Positions 29,354-39,925 are shown, counted from the stretch's first letter. The stretch is DNA of 64,000 nt from Cyclobacteriaceae bacterium (GCA_040905165.1 JBBDSA010000080.1:1566-65565), one strand, 5' to 3'. Translations and numbers: made by a program. The notes: generated from the sequence alone by a model not told the origin.

Positions 29354-30043
29354 TTAATACAGTTCAAATTTGTATCCCACCCCTTTAACGGTAGAAATAT
29401 AATGGTCTCCGATTTTTTCTCTTACTTTCCGAATATGGACATCTACTGTTCTGGCCAGTACAAAAACATCTGCTCCCCAGATGTTTTTCAACAACTCATC
29501 TCTGCTGAAGACCATATTGGGATTTTTGGCCAGAAAATGTAATAGTTCAAATTCTTTTTTGGGAAGGATAATGGTTTTACCGTTTTGACTGATAGTATAG
29601 CTACTCCTGTCGATCACCAGGTCTTTGATGGTAATCCTGGAGACCTCTTGATCTTTATTGGAATCTCTTCTTAAAAGGGCTGCAATACGGCTTACCAGTG
29701 CCCTGGGTTTGATGGGTTTATGAATGTAATCATCGGCGCCCACATCAAAGGCTGCCACCTCGGAATATTCTTCTGAACGGGCGGTCAAAAATATAATAAA
29801 CGTGTTTTTAAGTTCGGGGATGTTTCTCAACTGCCTACATGTTTCTACCCCGTCCTGGTGGGGCATCATGATATCCAACAAAATCAAATCAGGGAGAAAT
29901 TTAATGGCTTTTTGTACCGCCTGTATGCCATCTCCGGCAGATGCAACCTGATATCCTTCTTTTTCAAGGTTATAGGTTAAAATTTCGACAATGTCCTGTT
30001 CATCATCAACGACCAATATTTTTGTTTTTTGATTTTCACTCAT
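29354..30043 (-). CDS. OmpR/PhoB-family response regulator
   Basis: ILVVDDE, LLDIMMP, GADDYIHKP and wHTH RTVDVHIRKVREK...TVKGVGYK. -7 box TATCTTTG at 30095-30088. Confidence 0.94.
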   Translation of the reverse strand: MSENQKTKILVVDDEQDIVEILTYNLEKEGYQVASAGDGIQAVQKAIKFLPDLILLDIMMPHQDGVETCRQLRNIPELKNTFIIFLTARSEEYSEVAAFDVGADDYIHKPIKPRALVSRIAALLRRDSNKDQEVSRITIKDLVIDRSSYTISQNGKTIILPKKEFELLHFLAKNPNMVFSRDELLKNIWGADVFVLARTVDVHIRKVREKIGDHYISTVKGVGYKFELY

Positions 30044-30189
30044 TTTTCAATATCCTAAACATCAAGAATTGATTTGAATCATAATGTCAAAGATAATCAT
30101 ATTTAAAAAGGAAATTAAAACCTGATTAACTATAGCATGATACACCATAGAAAATTTGGAATGTATGTCTGCTCGGTATGAAAATGGTG

Positions 30190-30993
30190 TTAATTAATTG
30201 TTACTAGATCATTACGCAAGCCCTCTGCAGAAATAATGTCCATGGTTAATGATCCCACCACCAAACTGGCTTTGATTTTAACGGGAATCCGGTTTTCATC
30301 ATCTGTAATCCAGACTTTAATAGGCCTTTTACCCCTAAAAAGTTTATTTCTGGGCATTTCAGGTGAAAAAACATGCGTGTTGAAGTTACCAATATCAGTG
30401 GATATATTTTCCTGACCCTCGTATATTAACTTTAGGTTATATATCTTTTTGTCAAAAAAACCCGGAATGGTCACCACATCGCCATTTTGAAGACTTTGGA
30501 GATTCATGGTTCTAAGGAGATAGTACCCGCTGACGATATCATGTACCTGAGGAGGTACGTCAAAACGTTCTGCTTTGACGATCCTTTCATTTTCCCTGTC
30601 ATATAATTTTACATGGGCAGATCGGTTTTTATGATCAAAATCGATGACTTCATGTTTCCTATAACCACCTTCTTCGATGTGTCGATAGGACCGATAAGGT
30701 ATTATATTTGCCGTATCCACAAAAGTTCCCCAATTGTTTTTGACATAAAACATTTTGAAGATGTTTAATGTCTTGCCATAGATATCTATTTTAAATGCGG
30801 GACGGTCATTGATTGTATGAATTTCATCAGATATTACCATTTTGGCCTCAGCAGCATTAAAAAAGAGAAAATTGACATTAAAGGTCAACTCTTCTCCTTT
30901 GGTGAAAGACTGGTTTTTCCGCATGGGTTGATTATCACTCATTAGAAATGAAAAAAATGAAATGATCAATATGGTTTTAAGGTATAATATCAT
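30190..30993 (-). CDS. DUF3108-like exported protein
   Basis: N-terminal hydrophobic signal, F.KGEELTF, HDIVSGYY.LR and VWITDDENRIPVKIKA.L.VGS. Confidence 0.75.
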   Translation of the reverse strand: MILYLKTILIISFFSFLMSDNQPMRKNQSFTKGEELTFNVNFLFFNAAEAKMVISDEIHTINDRPAFKIDIYGKTLNIFKMFYVKNNWGTFVDTANIIPYRSYRHIEEGGYRKHEVIDFDHKNRSAHVKLYDRENERIVKAERFDVPPQVHDIVSGYYLLRTMNLQSLQNGDVVTIPGFFDKKIYNLKLIYEGQENISTDIGNFNTHVFSPEMPRNKLFRGKRPIKVWITDDENRIPVKIKASLVVGSLTMDIISAEGLRNDLVTIN

Positions 30994-31024
30994 ATTTGCT
31001 CAAATAGGAATATTATGAAAATTC

Positions 31025-31040
31025 TTCAAATTCCATACCA
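31025..31040 (-). promoter_or_regulatory. Putative sigma54 (-24/-12) promoter for the DUF3108 gene
   Basis: Minus strand TGGTATGGAATTTGAA against consensus TGGCACG-N4-TTGCW, with correct spacing. Ends 31 nt before the ATG. Confidence 0.55.
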
Positions 31041-31183
31041 TTTTGAATACCAGTACAGACAGGAGTATTATCAAAATTAACATAACGGAAATCAATCATA
31101 ATGGTTATCCTTTGTTGGTAATGACCTTCCGAATGTTTACTTTCACATATCCAAATGATGGTACTTTTAAGATAAAAATATTT

Positions 31184-32230
31184 ATGAATGCGAATACTGA
31201 AAAATTAAAGGCGCTTCAACTGACCCTTGACAAATTGGAAAAAACCTATGGCAAGGGTACAGTCATGAAACTGAGCGACAATGTGGTGCTTGATATTCCC
31301 GCCATATCCACGGGATCCCTGGGTTTGGATATGGCTTTGGGCATAGGTGGTATCCCCAGGGGAAGGGTTATCGAAATTTATGGTCCTGAATCTTCGGGTA
31401 AAACCACCCTTTCCATGCATTGTATTGCAGAAGCACAAAAAGCAGGTGGATTGGCTGCCTTCATTGATGCGGAGCACGCTTTTGACAAAACCTATGCTGA
31501 AAAACTGGGCATTGATATCGAAAACTTGTTGATTTCCCAACCTGATAGTGGGGAGCAGGCTTTGGAGGTGACCGAACACCTTATTCGTTCCGGAGCCATT
31601 GACATCATCGTCATTGACTCAGTGGCTGCCTTGGTTCCTAAAAGTGAATTGGAGGGGGAAATGGGAGATTCTAAAATGGGCCTTCAGGCGAGGTTGATGT
31701 CCCAGGCCCTCAGAAAACTGACCGGGGCCATTAATAAAACCGGTTGTGCTTGTATCTTTATCAATCAATTGAGGGAAAAAATCGGAGTAATGTTCGGAAA
31801 TCCTGAAACCACTACTGGTGGTAATGCCCTGAAATTTTATGCTTCTGTAAGATTGGATATCCGAAGAATCGGCCAGATCAAAGAAGGGGCAGATAATATT
31901 TTAGGTAACCGAACCAAGGTAAAGGTTGTCAAAAATAAAGTTTCCCCGCCGTTTAAAGTGGTGGAATTTGACATTATGTATGGAGAGGGAATCTCTAAAG
32001 TAGGGGAGATCATTGACCTGGGCGTGGAATTTGAGATTGTCAAAAAGGCGGGCTCCTGGTTTTCCTACGAAGGTAATAAATTGGGACAGGGAAGAGATGC
32101 CGTAAAGACCCTTCTACTTGATAATCCCGAATTAATGGATGAAATAGAAACAAAAATTAAAGAAAAAGCAGGATTGATAAAAGAAAAGGCCAATAAAAAG
32201 GTACCCAAAGAACCTAAAACTGCCACTTAA
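31184..32230 (+). CDS. recA: Recombinase RecA
   Basis: [29 protein letters not shown] and [17 protein letters not shown]. True start is ATG 31184, not the upstream TTG. Confidence 0.98.
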   Translation: MNANTEKLKALQLTLDKLEKTYGKGTVMKLSDNVVLDIPAISTGSLGLDMALGIGGIPRGRVIEIYGPESSGKTTLSMHCIAEAQKAGGLAAFIDAEHAFDKTYAEKLGIDIENLLISQPDSGEQALEVTEHLIRSGAIDIIVIDSVAALVPKSELEGEMGDSKMGLQARLMSQALRKLTGAINKTGCACIFINQLREKIGVMFGNPETTTGGNALKFYASVRLDIRRIGQIKEGADNILGNRTKVKVVKNKVSPPFKVVEFDIMYGEGISKVGEIIDLGVEFEIVKKAGSWFSYEGNKLGQGRDAVKTLLLDNPELMDEIETKIKEKAGLIKEKANKKVPKEPKTAT

Positions 32231-32255
32231 ATAAGCACCTATTTTATTGGTAATC

Positions 32256-32310
32256 GAAAAGGAAAGGTTTATTCCATATGGTAAGGGATAGGATAGGCCT
32301 TTCTTTTTCT
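32256..32310. terminator. Probable bidirectional terminator between recA and the convergent permease gene
   Basis: Imperfect stem GAAAGGTTTATTC...GATAGGCCTTTC flanked by A and T runs. Confidence 0.5.
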
Positions 32311-32323
32311 TTGATTTTAGCCC

Positions 32324-33568
32324 TTAGGCCCTAATGGCATCTACAGGGTCTAGTCGGGCAGCCATACTGGCAGGAATGATGCCTGACAAAATACCTATCA
32401 GGGAAGAAAGGCCAATTCCCAGCAAGATGTTTTTGAAGCTGAGAATAATTTCCAAACTGCCCAAAGAAATAAAGGTGGCACCGAACACCATCAATAATCC
32501 TGACAATCCACCAATAAGGCTCAGGAAGGTGGCCTCAAACAGAAACTGTGAAAGAATAAAGCCATTTTTGGCCCCAAGAGATTTTTGGATACCTATAATA
32601 CCCGTTCTTTCTTTTACAGAAACAAACATGATATTGGCAATTCCAAAACCTCCGATTAATATAGAAAAGCCTCCTATTACCCATCCTGCAATAGATATTA
32701 CCGCAAATATTGATCCTACTGCATTTTGGATAAATTCCGATTTGTTCAGTGCGAAATTGTTTTCTTCTGTAGGTTTAAGCCCTCTTTTTGCCCTTAAGAG
32801 TCCTGCCATTTCATTTTCAAGGATAATGAGTCCTGGATCCGTATCAGCGCCTTTTGCAGCAATGGTAGGTTCAATACCGTTTTTTCCCACATAAAAGATT
32901 TTGGAGAATGCCCCGAAGGGAATCAAAAGGGCCTCATCTTTGGATGGGGTATCAAAAAGCCCTTCCCCTTCCTCTTCGAAAATCCCTACAACGGTAAATT
33001 TTAATCCTTTTATTTTCAGTTCCTTGCCAATGGGGTTTTGATCCAAGAAGAGGGCATTGGCAATTTTTACGCCGATAATGGTGACATTTCTGGCTCCTTT
33101 TATTTCCAATTCAGTAAAAAACCTGCCTTGTTCCAAAGGTATTTCGTAGACATCCTTATGGCTGAATACAATGCCATCCAAATTGGCTCTTTCATAGGAA
33201 TTGCTGCCTGACTTGACCGTCGTTCGGGTATTGGCAAAAATGGTGACAGCTTCAGCACTGGTAAGTCTTTCACGGAGAAATCGGTACTCTGAAAGGTTTC
33301 CAGGTGGTCTTCTGAAATACCTCCACCAAGGATAGTCTTGGGGGCCGGAAGAAAAAGGGAATCGGTCTACCCTGATCACATCATTGCCCAAAAATGTCAG
33401 GCTGTCTTTGATATTTCTTTCAAGAGAGTCTACCAAAGTAAAAACGGCGATTATGGCAAAAATACCCACCGTTACCCCTAAAAGAGACAAAATTGTTCTG
33501 GTCAGATTGGCCTTAAGGGCCTGCATTGCAAAACGAAAGCTTTCCCAGATTAACCTTACTGATTTCAA
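32324..33568 (-). CDS. ABC transporter permease, MacB/FtsX family
   Basis: RTILSLLGVTVG, large periplasmic loop, GGFGIANIMFVSVKERT..IGIQKSLGA and AARLDPVDAIR. Confidence 0.92.
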   Translation of the reverse strand: MKSVRLIWESFRFAMQALKANLTRTILSLLGVTVGIFAIIAVFTLVDSLERNIKDSLTFLGNDVIRVDRFPFSSGPQDYPWWRYFRRPPGNLSEYRFLRERLTSAEAVTIFANTRTTVKSGSNSYERANLDGIVFSHKDVYEIPLEQGRFFTELEIKGARNVTIIGVKIANALFLDQNPIGKELKIKGLKFTVVGIFEEEGEGLFDTPSKDEALLIPFGAFSKIFYVGKNGIEPTIAAKGADTDPGLIILENEMAGLLRAKRGLKPTEENNFALNKSEFIQNAVGSIFAVISIAGWVIGGFSILIGGFGIANIMFVSVKERTGIIGIQKSLGAKNGFILSQFLFEATFLSLIGGLSGLLMVFGATFISLGSLEIILSFKNILLGIGLSSLIGILSGIIPASMAARLDPVDAIRA

Positions 33569-33693
33569 TAGCTTAATTAATTTTAAAACAATTTGACAAT
33601 ATAGGTAGAATTGGGGTTAATTCTTATTAACTTTGCATTTTTTACGATAATTATGTTTATCTGGTAAAAAAAACAATTCCAAAATTAATACAC

Positions 33694-34743
33694 ATGAAGT
33701 TATCCGATTTCAAATTTGAAGTTCCCAAAAAGCTTATATCCTTATATCCACCTGATAACCGGGATGAATCCAGGCTAATGGTGGTCCATAGAGATTCAGG
33801 AAAGATTGAACATAAAGTTTTCAAAGACATCATAGATTATTTTGAGGAAGGGGATGTCTTTGTGACCAATAATACCAAGGTATTTCCGGCAAGGCTATAT
33901 GGGAACAAGGAAAAAACCGGTGCCAAAATTGAAGTATTTCTTTTAAGAGAACTCAATACTGAATTAAGGTTATGGGATGTTTTGGTTGATCCGGCCAGGA
34001 AAATCAGGGTGGGAAACAAACTTTATTTTGGTGACAGTGATCTGGTGGCAGAAGTCATCGATAATACCACTTCACGGGGAAGGACCATCAGATTCTTATT
34101 TGATGGTACGGATGAGGAGTTTTATAAGACGATAGATACCTTGGGAGAAACGCCTATTTTGAAGGAATTTATTGAAAGGGATGTAGTGGATTCAGACAGG
34201 GACAGGTACCAGACCATTTATGCCAAACATGTTGGTGCGGTAGCGGCTCCTACAGCAGGGATGCACTTTACCAAACATTTGATGAAGCGCCTGGAAATAA
34301 AAGGGATAGAAGTGTGCCCTATCACCCTGCATATCGGGTTGGGCACTTTTAGGCAGGTGGATGTGGAAGACCTCACCAAGCATAAGATGGATTCTGAAAA
34401 TTATGATATCCCTCAAGAAACGGTTGATTTGGTAAACAGAGCTATTGATAACAAAAAGCGGGTGGTTTCAGTAGGAACCACTTCTTTGAAAACCATTGAA
34501 TCCTCAGTAACAGCAAGTGGCAGGCTTAAGGCAAGCAGTGGTTGGACAGATAAATTCATCATTCCACCCTATGAGTTTAAAATCGCCAATGCCTTGATTA
34601 CCAACTTTCACCTTCCGGAGTCTACATTGCTCATGACCGCATCGGCTTTCGGTGGGTACGACCTCATCATGAAGGCCTATAAGGAGGGAATTAAGGAAAA
34701 CTATAAATTTTTCAGCTATGGAGATGCGATGTTGATTTTATAA
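33694..34743 (+). CDS. queA: S-adenosylmethionine:tRNA ribosyltransferase-isomerase
   Basis: [39 protein letters not shown] and [10 protein letters not shown]. -7 box TAACTTTG at 33628-33635. Confidence 0.97.
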   Translation: MKLSDFKFEVPKKLISLYPPDNRDESRLMVVHRDSGKIEHKVFKDIIDYFEEGDVFVTNNTKVFPARLYGNKEKTGAKIEVFLLRELNTELRLWDVLVDPARKIRVGNKLYFGDSDLVAEVIDNTTSRGRTIRFLFDGTDEEFYKTIDTLGETPILKEFIERDVVDSDRDRYQTIYAKHVGAVAAPTAGMHFTKHLMKRLEIKGIEVCPITLHIGLGTFRQVDVEDLTKHKMDSENYDIPQETVDLVNRAIDNKKRVVSVGTTSLKTIESSVTASGRLKASSGWTDKFIIPPYEFKIANALITNFHLPESTLLMTASAFGGYDLIMKAYKEGIKENYKFFSYGDAMLIL

Positions 34744-34765
34744 AAAATAAAATGTTTTACTGATG

Positions 34766-34800
34766 AAAAGGCCTGCTGTTGAAAAGATAGCAGGTTTTTT
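34766..34800 (+). terminator. Terminator after queA
   Basis: GCCTGCTGTT-GAAAA-GATAGCAGGT followed by a T run. Confidence 0.75.
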
Positions 34801-34876
34801 AGTTTATAGGAAATTAATTTTTTTAAGACTTGGAATGGTTTACTGCTAACAGATTGCCGTATATTGAATTTAAAAT

Positions 34877-37177
34877 TTGATCACCATGTGGCAACGGTAT
34901 TTCTTTAGTTTTCCAGTACAGTTATTTATTCTTCATCTTAGGAAAAACCTGGTTTTTGTAGGGGTATGGGTGTTGTTGATTTTCATTGTTTCCGAAAATT
35001 TCGGAAAATTGTTGGGCATACCATATCTGTTTCTGGATCCCGAATACCTCAATGAAGTTTCCTGGACCGGCTTTTTCTTGATGGGAGTGGGCATTGCTGT
35101 ATTTACTATGACATTTCACATGACTACTTATATCATTGACGGCAGCAGGTTTAAATTTCTGGCCGTTACCAATAAGCCGTTTTTGCATTATTGCCTCAAC
35201 AATTTTATTTTCCCCTTGATTTTTTATTTGGTTTATCTTGTTGCTTTTATTCATTTTCAGCTTGACAATGAACTGGAAAACCAATGGATGGTCCTTGGTT
35301 TTTTTGGGAGTTTTGCCATAGGTTCTCTGTTGACCTATCTGCTTTTGTTCTCCTATTTTAACTTTGCCAATAAGGATTTTTTTGTGCTTTTTGCAGATGG
35401 ATTGGACAAAAGGTTAAAAAAGATCAGGTGGCCCCGGGCCAACTTACTGCAAAGGGTCAAAGAGGACCGAAAACTTAAAAACCAAGTAGCCTATTACCTG
35501 GGCATCAACTTTAAATTGAAACGTGCCCGACCGGATCTGGCACGTTTCGACAGGGATAAATTATTAAAGGTTTTTGATCAAAACCACTTGAATTTGTTCA
35601 TTATCCAGGTTTTCCTGATGGGGTTTGTCGTGTTGATGGGCATTTTCAAAGAGCAGGAATGGTTACAACTTCCTGCTGCAGTCAGTGCGATGCTGCTGTT
35701 TTCCATTTTCAACATGATCCTCGGTGCCATTGGTTTTTGGTTAAGGAATTGGACAGCTCTGGTATTGATATCCCTAATGATTATTTTAAACCTTATTTCT
35801 CAAACCAGTTTTTTTAACAGACCACACATGGCCTATGGTTTGGATTACCTTGCCCCACCAGCTATCTATGATCTGAAAAAAGTGGACGCTTTGCTCCATG
35901 AAGATACCTTGCAAAAGGATCTGAACCATGGGAGGGCCATATTGGATAACTGGAAAAAAAGGACCTCCTTAGATAAACCTAAAATGGTTTTGCTGGCCAG
36001 TAGTGGAGGAGGACAAAGAGCAGCATTATGGACACTAAGGGTACTCCAGGAGGCGTATATGCTTACCGATGGAGCATTTTTCCGACACTGCAAATTGATT
36101 ACGGGTGCTTCCGGCGGAGTGATTGGTGCTGCATTTTTTCGGGAAATTTACCTTCGCTCCCTTCATAATAAGGAAATCGACCCCGTTGATAAGATATACC
36201 TGCAGCAACTGTCTTCTGATAACCTCAACCCGATTATTTTTACCCTGCTGGTAAATGATCTCTTTATCCGAAATCAGTATTTTAAATACAATGAGCGGGA
36301 TTATTTAATGGATAGGGGAGGCGCCTTTGAAAATCAATTAAATAAAAACACCAAAGGTGTACTGGATAAACCTTTGCAGGCCTATTTGAGACCAGAATGG
36401 GAGGGAGTAATCCCCCAAATGCCCATTACCCCCCTGGTGGTCAACGATGCCAGGAAGTTGTACATTTCACCGCATTCCATGAGTTATATGTGCGCATCAG
36501 AGGGTGGCGTAAACCTTCCCGGTGAAAAAGGGCAGGGAATTGATTTCAAAAGATTTTTTATTAACCAGGATGCCCTTCAATTGAGATTTTCCAGTGCCTT
36601 GCGTATGGGTGCTACCTTTCCTTTTATCACGCCAAATGTTCAGTTGCCTTCTTTCCCCGAGATGGAAACGATGGATGCAGGTTTGGCTGATAATTTTGGG
36701 ATCCAGGATGCCCATCGGTTTATGTTTACATTCAGAGATTGGATAGCGGAGAATACTTCAGGTGTGGTATTGATGACCGTAAGGGATTCTGAAAAAATTC
36801 TTGAAATCGAGCATAAGCCCCCCCTGAGCATTTTGGAAAAACTGATGACTCCTTTGAAAAACATTTATATTAACTGGGACAATGTGCAAACACTGAACAA
36901 TGAAACATTGTATCATTTTATGAAAGAGACACTTCCTTTCCATTTGGAAAGGGTAGAATTTGAATACAGCACGAAGGACTTTTTAGACGATCGAAAACCA
37001 CTTTTTGATACCCGGGAGGGAAGAGGACCAAGGGATTTGGAAGTGGCACGGGCCTCACTTAATTGGAGGCTTACTTCCAGAGAGAAGCGCTCTATTTTAA
37101 ATAACATATATTTGGAAAACAACCAAAAGTCATTTCAAAGGCTAAGGGAAATTTTTTTGCCTTCCAATCCATATTGA
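34877..37177 (+). CDS. Polytopic membrane protein with C-terminal patatin-like phospholipase domain
   Basis: About 7-8 N-terminal hydrophobic segments. Oxyanion motif SGGGQRA, nucleophile GASGG and catalytic DAG (MDAGLADNFG). Confidence 0.8.
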   Translation: MITMWQRYFFSFPVQLFILHLRKNLVFVGVWVLLIFIVSENFGKLLGIPYLFLDPEYLNEVSWTGFFLMGVGIAVFTMTFHMTTYIIDGSRFKFLAVTNKPFLHYCLNNFIFPLIFYLVYLVAFIHFQLDNELENQWMVLGFFGSFAIGSLLTYLLLFSYFNFANKDFFVLFADGLDKRLKKIRWPRANLLQRVKEDRKLKNQVAYYLGINFKLKRARPDLARFDRDKLLKVFDQNHLNLFIIQVFLMGFVVLMGIFKEQEWLQLPAAVSAMLLFSIFNMILGAIGFWLRNWTALVLISLMIILNLISQTSFFNRPHMAYGLDYLAPPAIYDLKKVDALLHEDTLQKDLNHGRAILDNWKKRTSLDKPKMVLLASSGGGQRAALWTLRVLQEAYMLTDGAFFRHCKLITGASGGVIGAAFFREIYLRSLHNKEIDPVDKIYLQQLSSDNLNPIIFTLLVNDLFIRNQYFKYNERDYLMDRGGAFENQLNKNTKGVLDKPLQAYLRPEWEGVIPQMPITPLVVNDARKLYISPHSMSYMCASEGGVNLPGEKGQGIDFKRFFINQDALQLRFSSALRMGATFPFITPNVQLPSFPEMETMDAGLADNFGIQDAHRFMFTFRDWIAENTSGVVLMTVRDSEKILEIEHKPPLSILEKLMTPLKNIYINWDNVQTLNNETLYHFMKETLPFHLERVEFEYSTKDFLDDRKPLFDTREGRGPRDLEVARASLNWRLTSREKRSILNNIYLENNQKSFQRLREIFLPSNPY

Positions 37178-39196
37178 TTAAGAAATGCCCACCTGCTCTT
37201 CAAATTTTTCCAAGGCTTCCTGTTTTCCCACTACATAGACTAAATCTCCGAGTTTTAATTTGGTGTCTCCGGTAATTTCGGTATTGGTGATGCCGTCTCT
37301 TTTAATGGCCACCAGGTTGATTCCGGAATTTTCTCTTAAATTGATTTCCTTAATGGGCTTTCCGATCATAGCACCATGATCTTTCTCAATCTTCATACCG
37401 GCAAAATTGATTTCGGGGAGATCCAGGGCCATTCCATTTGTCTGGTCACCCGATTGGGAACGGAACATTTCATAATTGTGATAACGCACATCATGCGTGA
37501 AGTCATCAATTTCACCCTTGGGCACCAGGTATTTGTTCAATACACGGGTAAAGATTTCAATGGATGTTTCAAATTCTTCCGGAATTACCTCATCGGCTCC
37601 CAATTTCAACATGGCCTCAATTTCGTTGACGTATCTGGTGCGCACGATTACAAAGGCATTTTGGGTAGCCTGACGGATGTTGATGATAATACCACGGGTG
37701 GCATCGTTATTGGATATGGCGATTACAACTACCCTCGCTTTATGAATTTGAACATGTTCCAAAACAACAGCGTTGGCAGCATCACCATATACAATGGGTT
37801 CACCTTTTGCCGCTTCTTCCCGCACCGTTTCTGGATTCATTTCAATTATGGCATAGGGAATGGTGGCCCTTTTTGCTGCTCTGGCCAGGTTCCTGCCATT
37901 TAGGCCGAATCCAATGATAATAAGATGGTCACTTAGGATTTCCGTTTCCAGTTCAATAACCGGTTGATCTTTCTTGTCTCCAAACCTTTCTTTGATTTTC
38001 ATTGGCATAGGAGTATTGAGTATCCTGCACGCTAAATATTCCCTCTTTTTTAGGACAAATGGTGTAATGACCATGGAAAGTATGCATATGGCTAAAAAAT
38101 ACTGATAGGTATTATTATCCAAAAGCTCATATCTCAATCCCTCTTTGGCCAATAGCAAAGAAAATTCCCCTACCTGAAAAATCGATAAGCCAACGATAAA
38201 AGATTCTTTGAAATTGTTTCCGATAGATTTTACAGCCAGGCTGGTGGTCAAAAATTTCACCACTATAGTAAGCGTTACCAATGCCAAAATTACGGCAATG
38301 TGGTCGATCAAAAACATGATATCAAATAACATGCCCACAGATACAAAGAAAAAGCTCAGGAAGATTTCCCTGAAAGGCAAAATTTTACCTGTAGCATGGT
38401 GGCTGTACTCAGATTCACTGATGATAAGGCCAGCCAAAAAGGCACCCAGTCCCAAAGATAGCCCTAATAGCGAGGTGGCGTAGGCTACGGCAAAACAGGT
38501 TACGATGATACTTAACAAAAAAAGTTCCTCATTTTTGGATTTAGCCACCCTGTAAAGTAATTGGGGAATGAGGTATTTTGCACTGACGATGGTCAGCACT
38601 ATTACCAATCCACCCTTCAGGCCCAAATACAATAGAGAAAGGAGTACATTATCAGATTCTCCTGCCAGCATGGGTGTAAACAATACAAAAGGCACAATAA
38701 TAATGTCCTGGAAAATCAAAATGGCAAGAGTAGTTCTACCTGATATGGTATTGATTTTTCCACTTTCCTGTAGCAGTTTCAACACAATTGCCGTACTGCT
38801 CAGCGCAAAAAGAAATCCGAAAAAGACGGCAATATTCCAGCTAAATCCAAAGGAGTAGGTAATCAGTGCGGTAATGCCAATAGTAAGGGAAACCTGAAGG
38901 GCACCACCGATAAATACCGCCTTTTTTATGGCCATAAGGCTTTTTAGGGAGAATTCCATCCCGATGACAAAAAGAAGGAGGATCACACCAATTTCTGATA
39001 AAACATCCACCGCAGTAGAGGCATCTACCAAGGATAGGCCATAAGGGCCGGCTATGGCTCCGGTTAACAGGTACCCGATTATGGTGGGCAGTTTAAGCCG
39101 CATAAACAGGAGGATTACCAGGGTAGACAATCCAAATATGACTACAATATCAGATAATAATGGGATTTCTGCGACGGCCAGTACAATTTGGTTCAT
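37178..39196 (-). CDS. CPA2-family cation:proton antiporter (KefB/KefC-like) with TrkA-N and TrkA-C domains
   Basis: GVILLLFVIGMEFS, LSSTAIVLK, ILIFQD and LGAFLAG. RCK motifs IIGFGLNG and YGDA. Confidence 0.92.
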   Translation of the reverse strand: MNQIVLAVAEIPLLSDIVVIFGLSTLVILLFMRLKLPTIIGYLLTGAIAGPYGLSLVDASTAVDVLSEIGVILLLFVIGMEFSLKSLMAIKKAVFIGGALQVSLTIGITALITYSFGFSWNIAVFFGFLFALSSTAIVLKLLQESGKINTISGRTTLAILIFQDIIIVPFVLFTPMLAGESDNVLLSLLYLGLKGGLVIVLTIVSAKYLIPQLLYRVAKSKNEELFLLSIIVTCFAVAYATSLLGLSLGLGAFLAGLIISESEYSHHATGKILPFREIFLSFFFVSVGMLFDIMFLIDHIAVILALVTLTIVVKFLTTSLAVKSIGNNFKESFIVGLSIFQVGEFSLLLAKEGLRYELLDNNTYQYFLAICILSMVITPFVLKKREYLACRILNTPMPMKIKERFGDKKDQPVIELETEILSDHLIIIGFGLNGRNLARAAKRATIPYAIIEMNPETVREEAAKGEPIVYGDAANAVVLEHVQIHKARVVVIAISNNDATRGIIINIRQATQNAFVIVRTRYVNEIEAMLKLGADEVIPEEFETSIEIFTRVLNKYLVPKGEIDDFTHDVRYHNYEMFRSQSGDQTNGMALDLPEINFAGMKIEKDHGAMIGKPIKEINLRENSGINLVAIKRDGITNTEITGDTKLKLGDLVYVVGKQEALEKFEEQVGIS

Positions 39197-39445
39197 GCTG
39201 TATAGAATTTGAAAAACGAGATTGGAATTAAAATTACAATAAGATTGACGAAATCCATATTTTATTTATAACTGAGACTGTTTGGTCCTCTTCTGAAAGA
39301 TTCATATTAAATAAAAATTTCCTGCAATTTAATGGCATCTGACTTATAATAACAACTTGTAAATCAGAAAAATAGCATGAGAAACCTAACTTAAGGGGGG
39401 CTTCAGGTTGGGGGTTGCCTTTTAATTTTAAAAATTTTGAATTTT

Positions 39446-39925
39446 TCAGTAAGCAAATCCCATTCTTTTATAAATAAAATGCATCAACCAGGCAGGACCG
39501 ATCAGCAAAAATTGTACATCTTTAAAAAAAGATGGTTTTTTACCTTCAATTTTATGTCCATAGAACTGGAATATCCAGGAGATGGCAAAAATGAAAAGGC
39601 TAAGGGCCCAAAGAGGAACAGGAGACATAAGACTTAATAGGTTGGCAATAGCAAGGCAAAGCGCCGAGAATAAGAACATTCCCAAGGCTAGGGGAGGGGA
39701 AAGGGAGACGTAATAAAACAGTACGACAATTAAAACGAAGGTAGCCCAATTCGCAAAAGGTCCCAAAAGAAATCCCAGGCTTTCTAATGGTCCCGGAGGA
39801 ATACAGAAAATCAAGCCGATAATGCTGAAAAAAATGGCAGGGACACATACCCAATGTATGAATTTATTGGTCGGGTTTTGATGACTTTGACCGTATTCCA
39901 TCAAAAGTTGATCAATTCTTCTCAT
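39446..39925 (-). CDS. DUF962 / Mpo1-like membrane protein
   Basis: EYGQSHQNPTNKFIHWVCVP and WIFQFYGHKIEGKKPSF...LLIGP. Confidence 0.88.
   Translation of the reverse strand: MRRIDQLLMEYGQSHQNPTNKFIHWVCVPAIFFSIIGLIFCIPPGPLESLGFLLGPFANWATFVLIVVLFYYVSLSPPLALGMFLFSALCLAIANLLSLMSPVPLWALSLFIFAISWIFQFYGHKIEGKKPSFFKDVQFLLIGPAWLMHFIYKRMGFAY

Noticed and set aside
31043-31183. 47-aa N-terminal extension of RecA, and a possible SOS box
   Set aside because: The extension derives from an upstream TTG through promoter DNA, while RecA similarity starts at ATG 31184. I found no convincing palindromic operator.
32334-32894. 186-aa antisense ORF (likewise 17188..17763, 37376..37903 and 62040..62552)
   Set aside because: Shadow ORFs opposite well-supported genes, with no motifs of their own.
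39380-39420. G-rich imperfect inverted repeat downstream of the DUF962 gene
   Set aside because: The stem is poorly paired and has no U-tract, so it cannot be supported as a terminator or RNA element.
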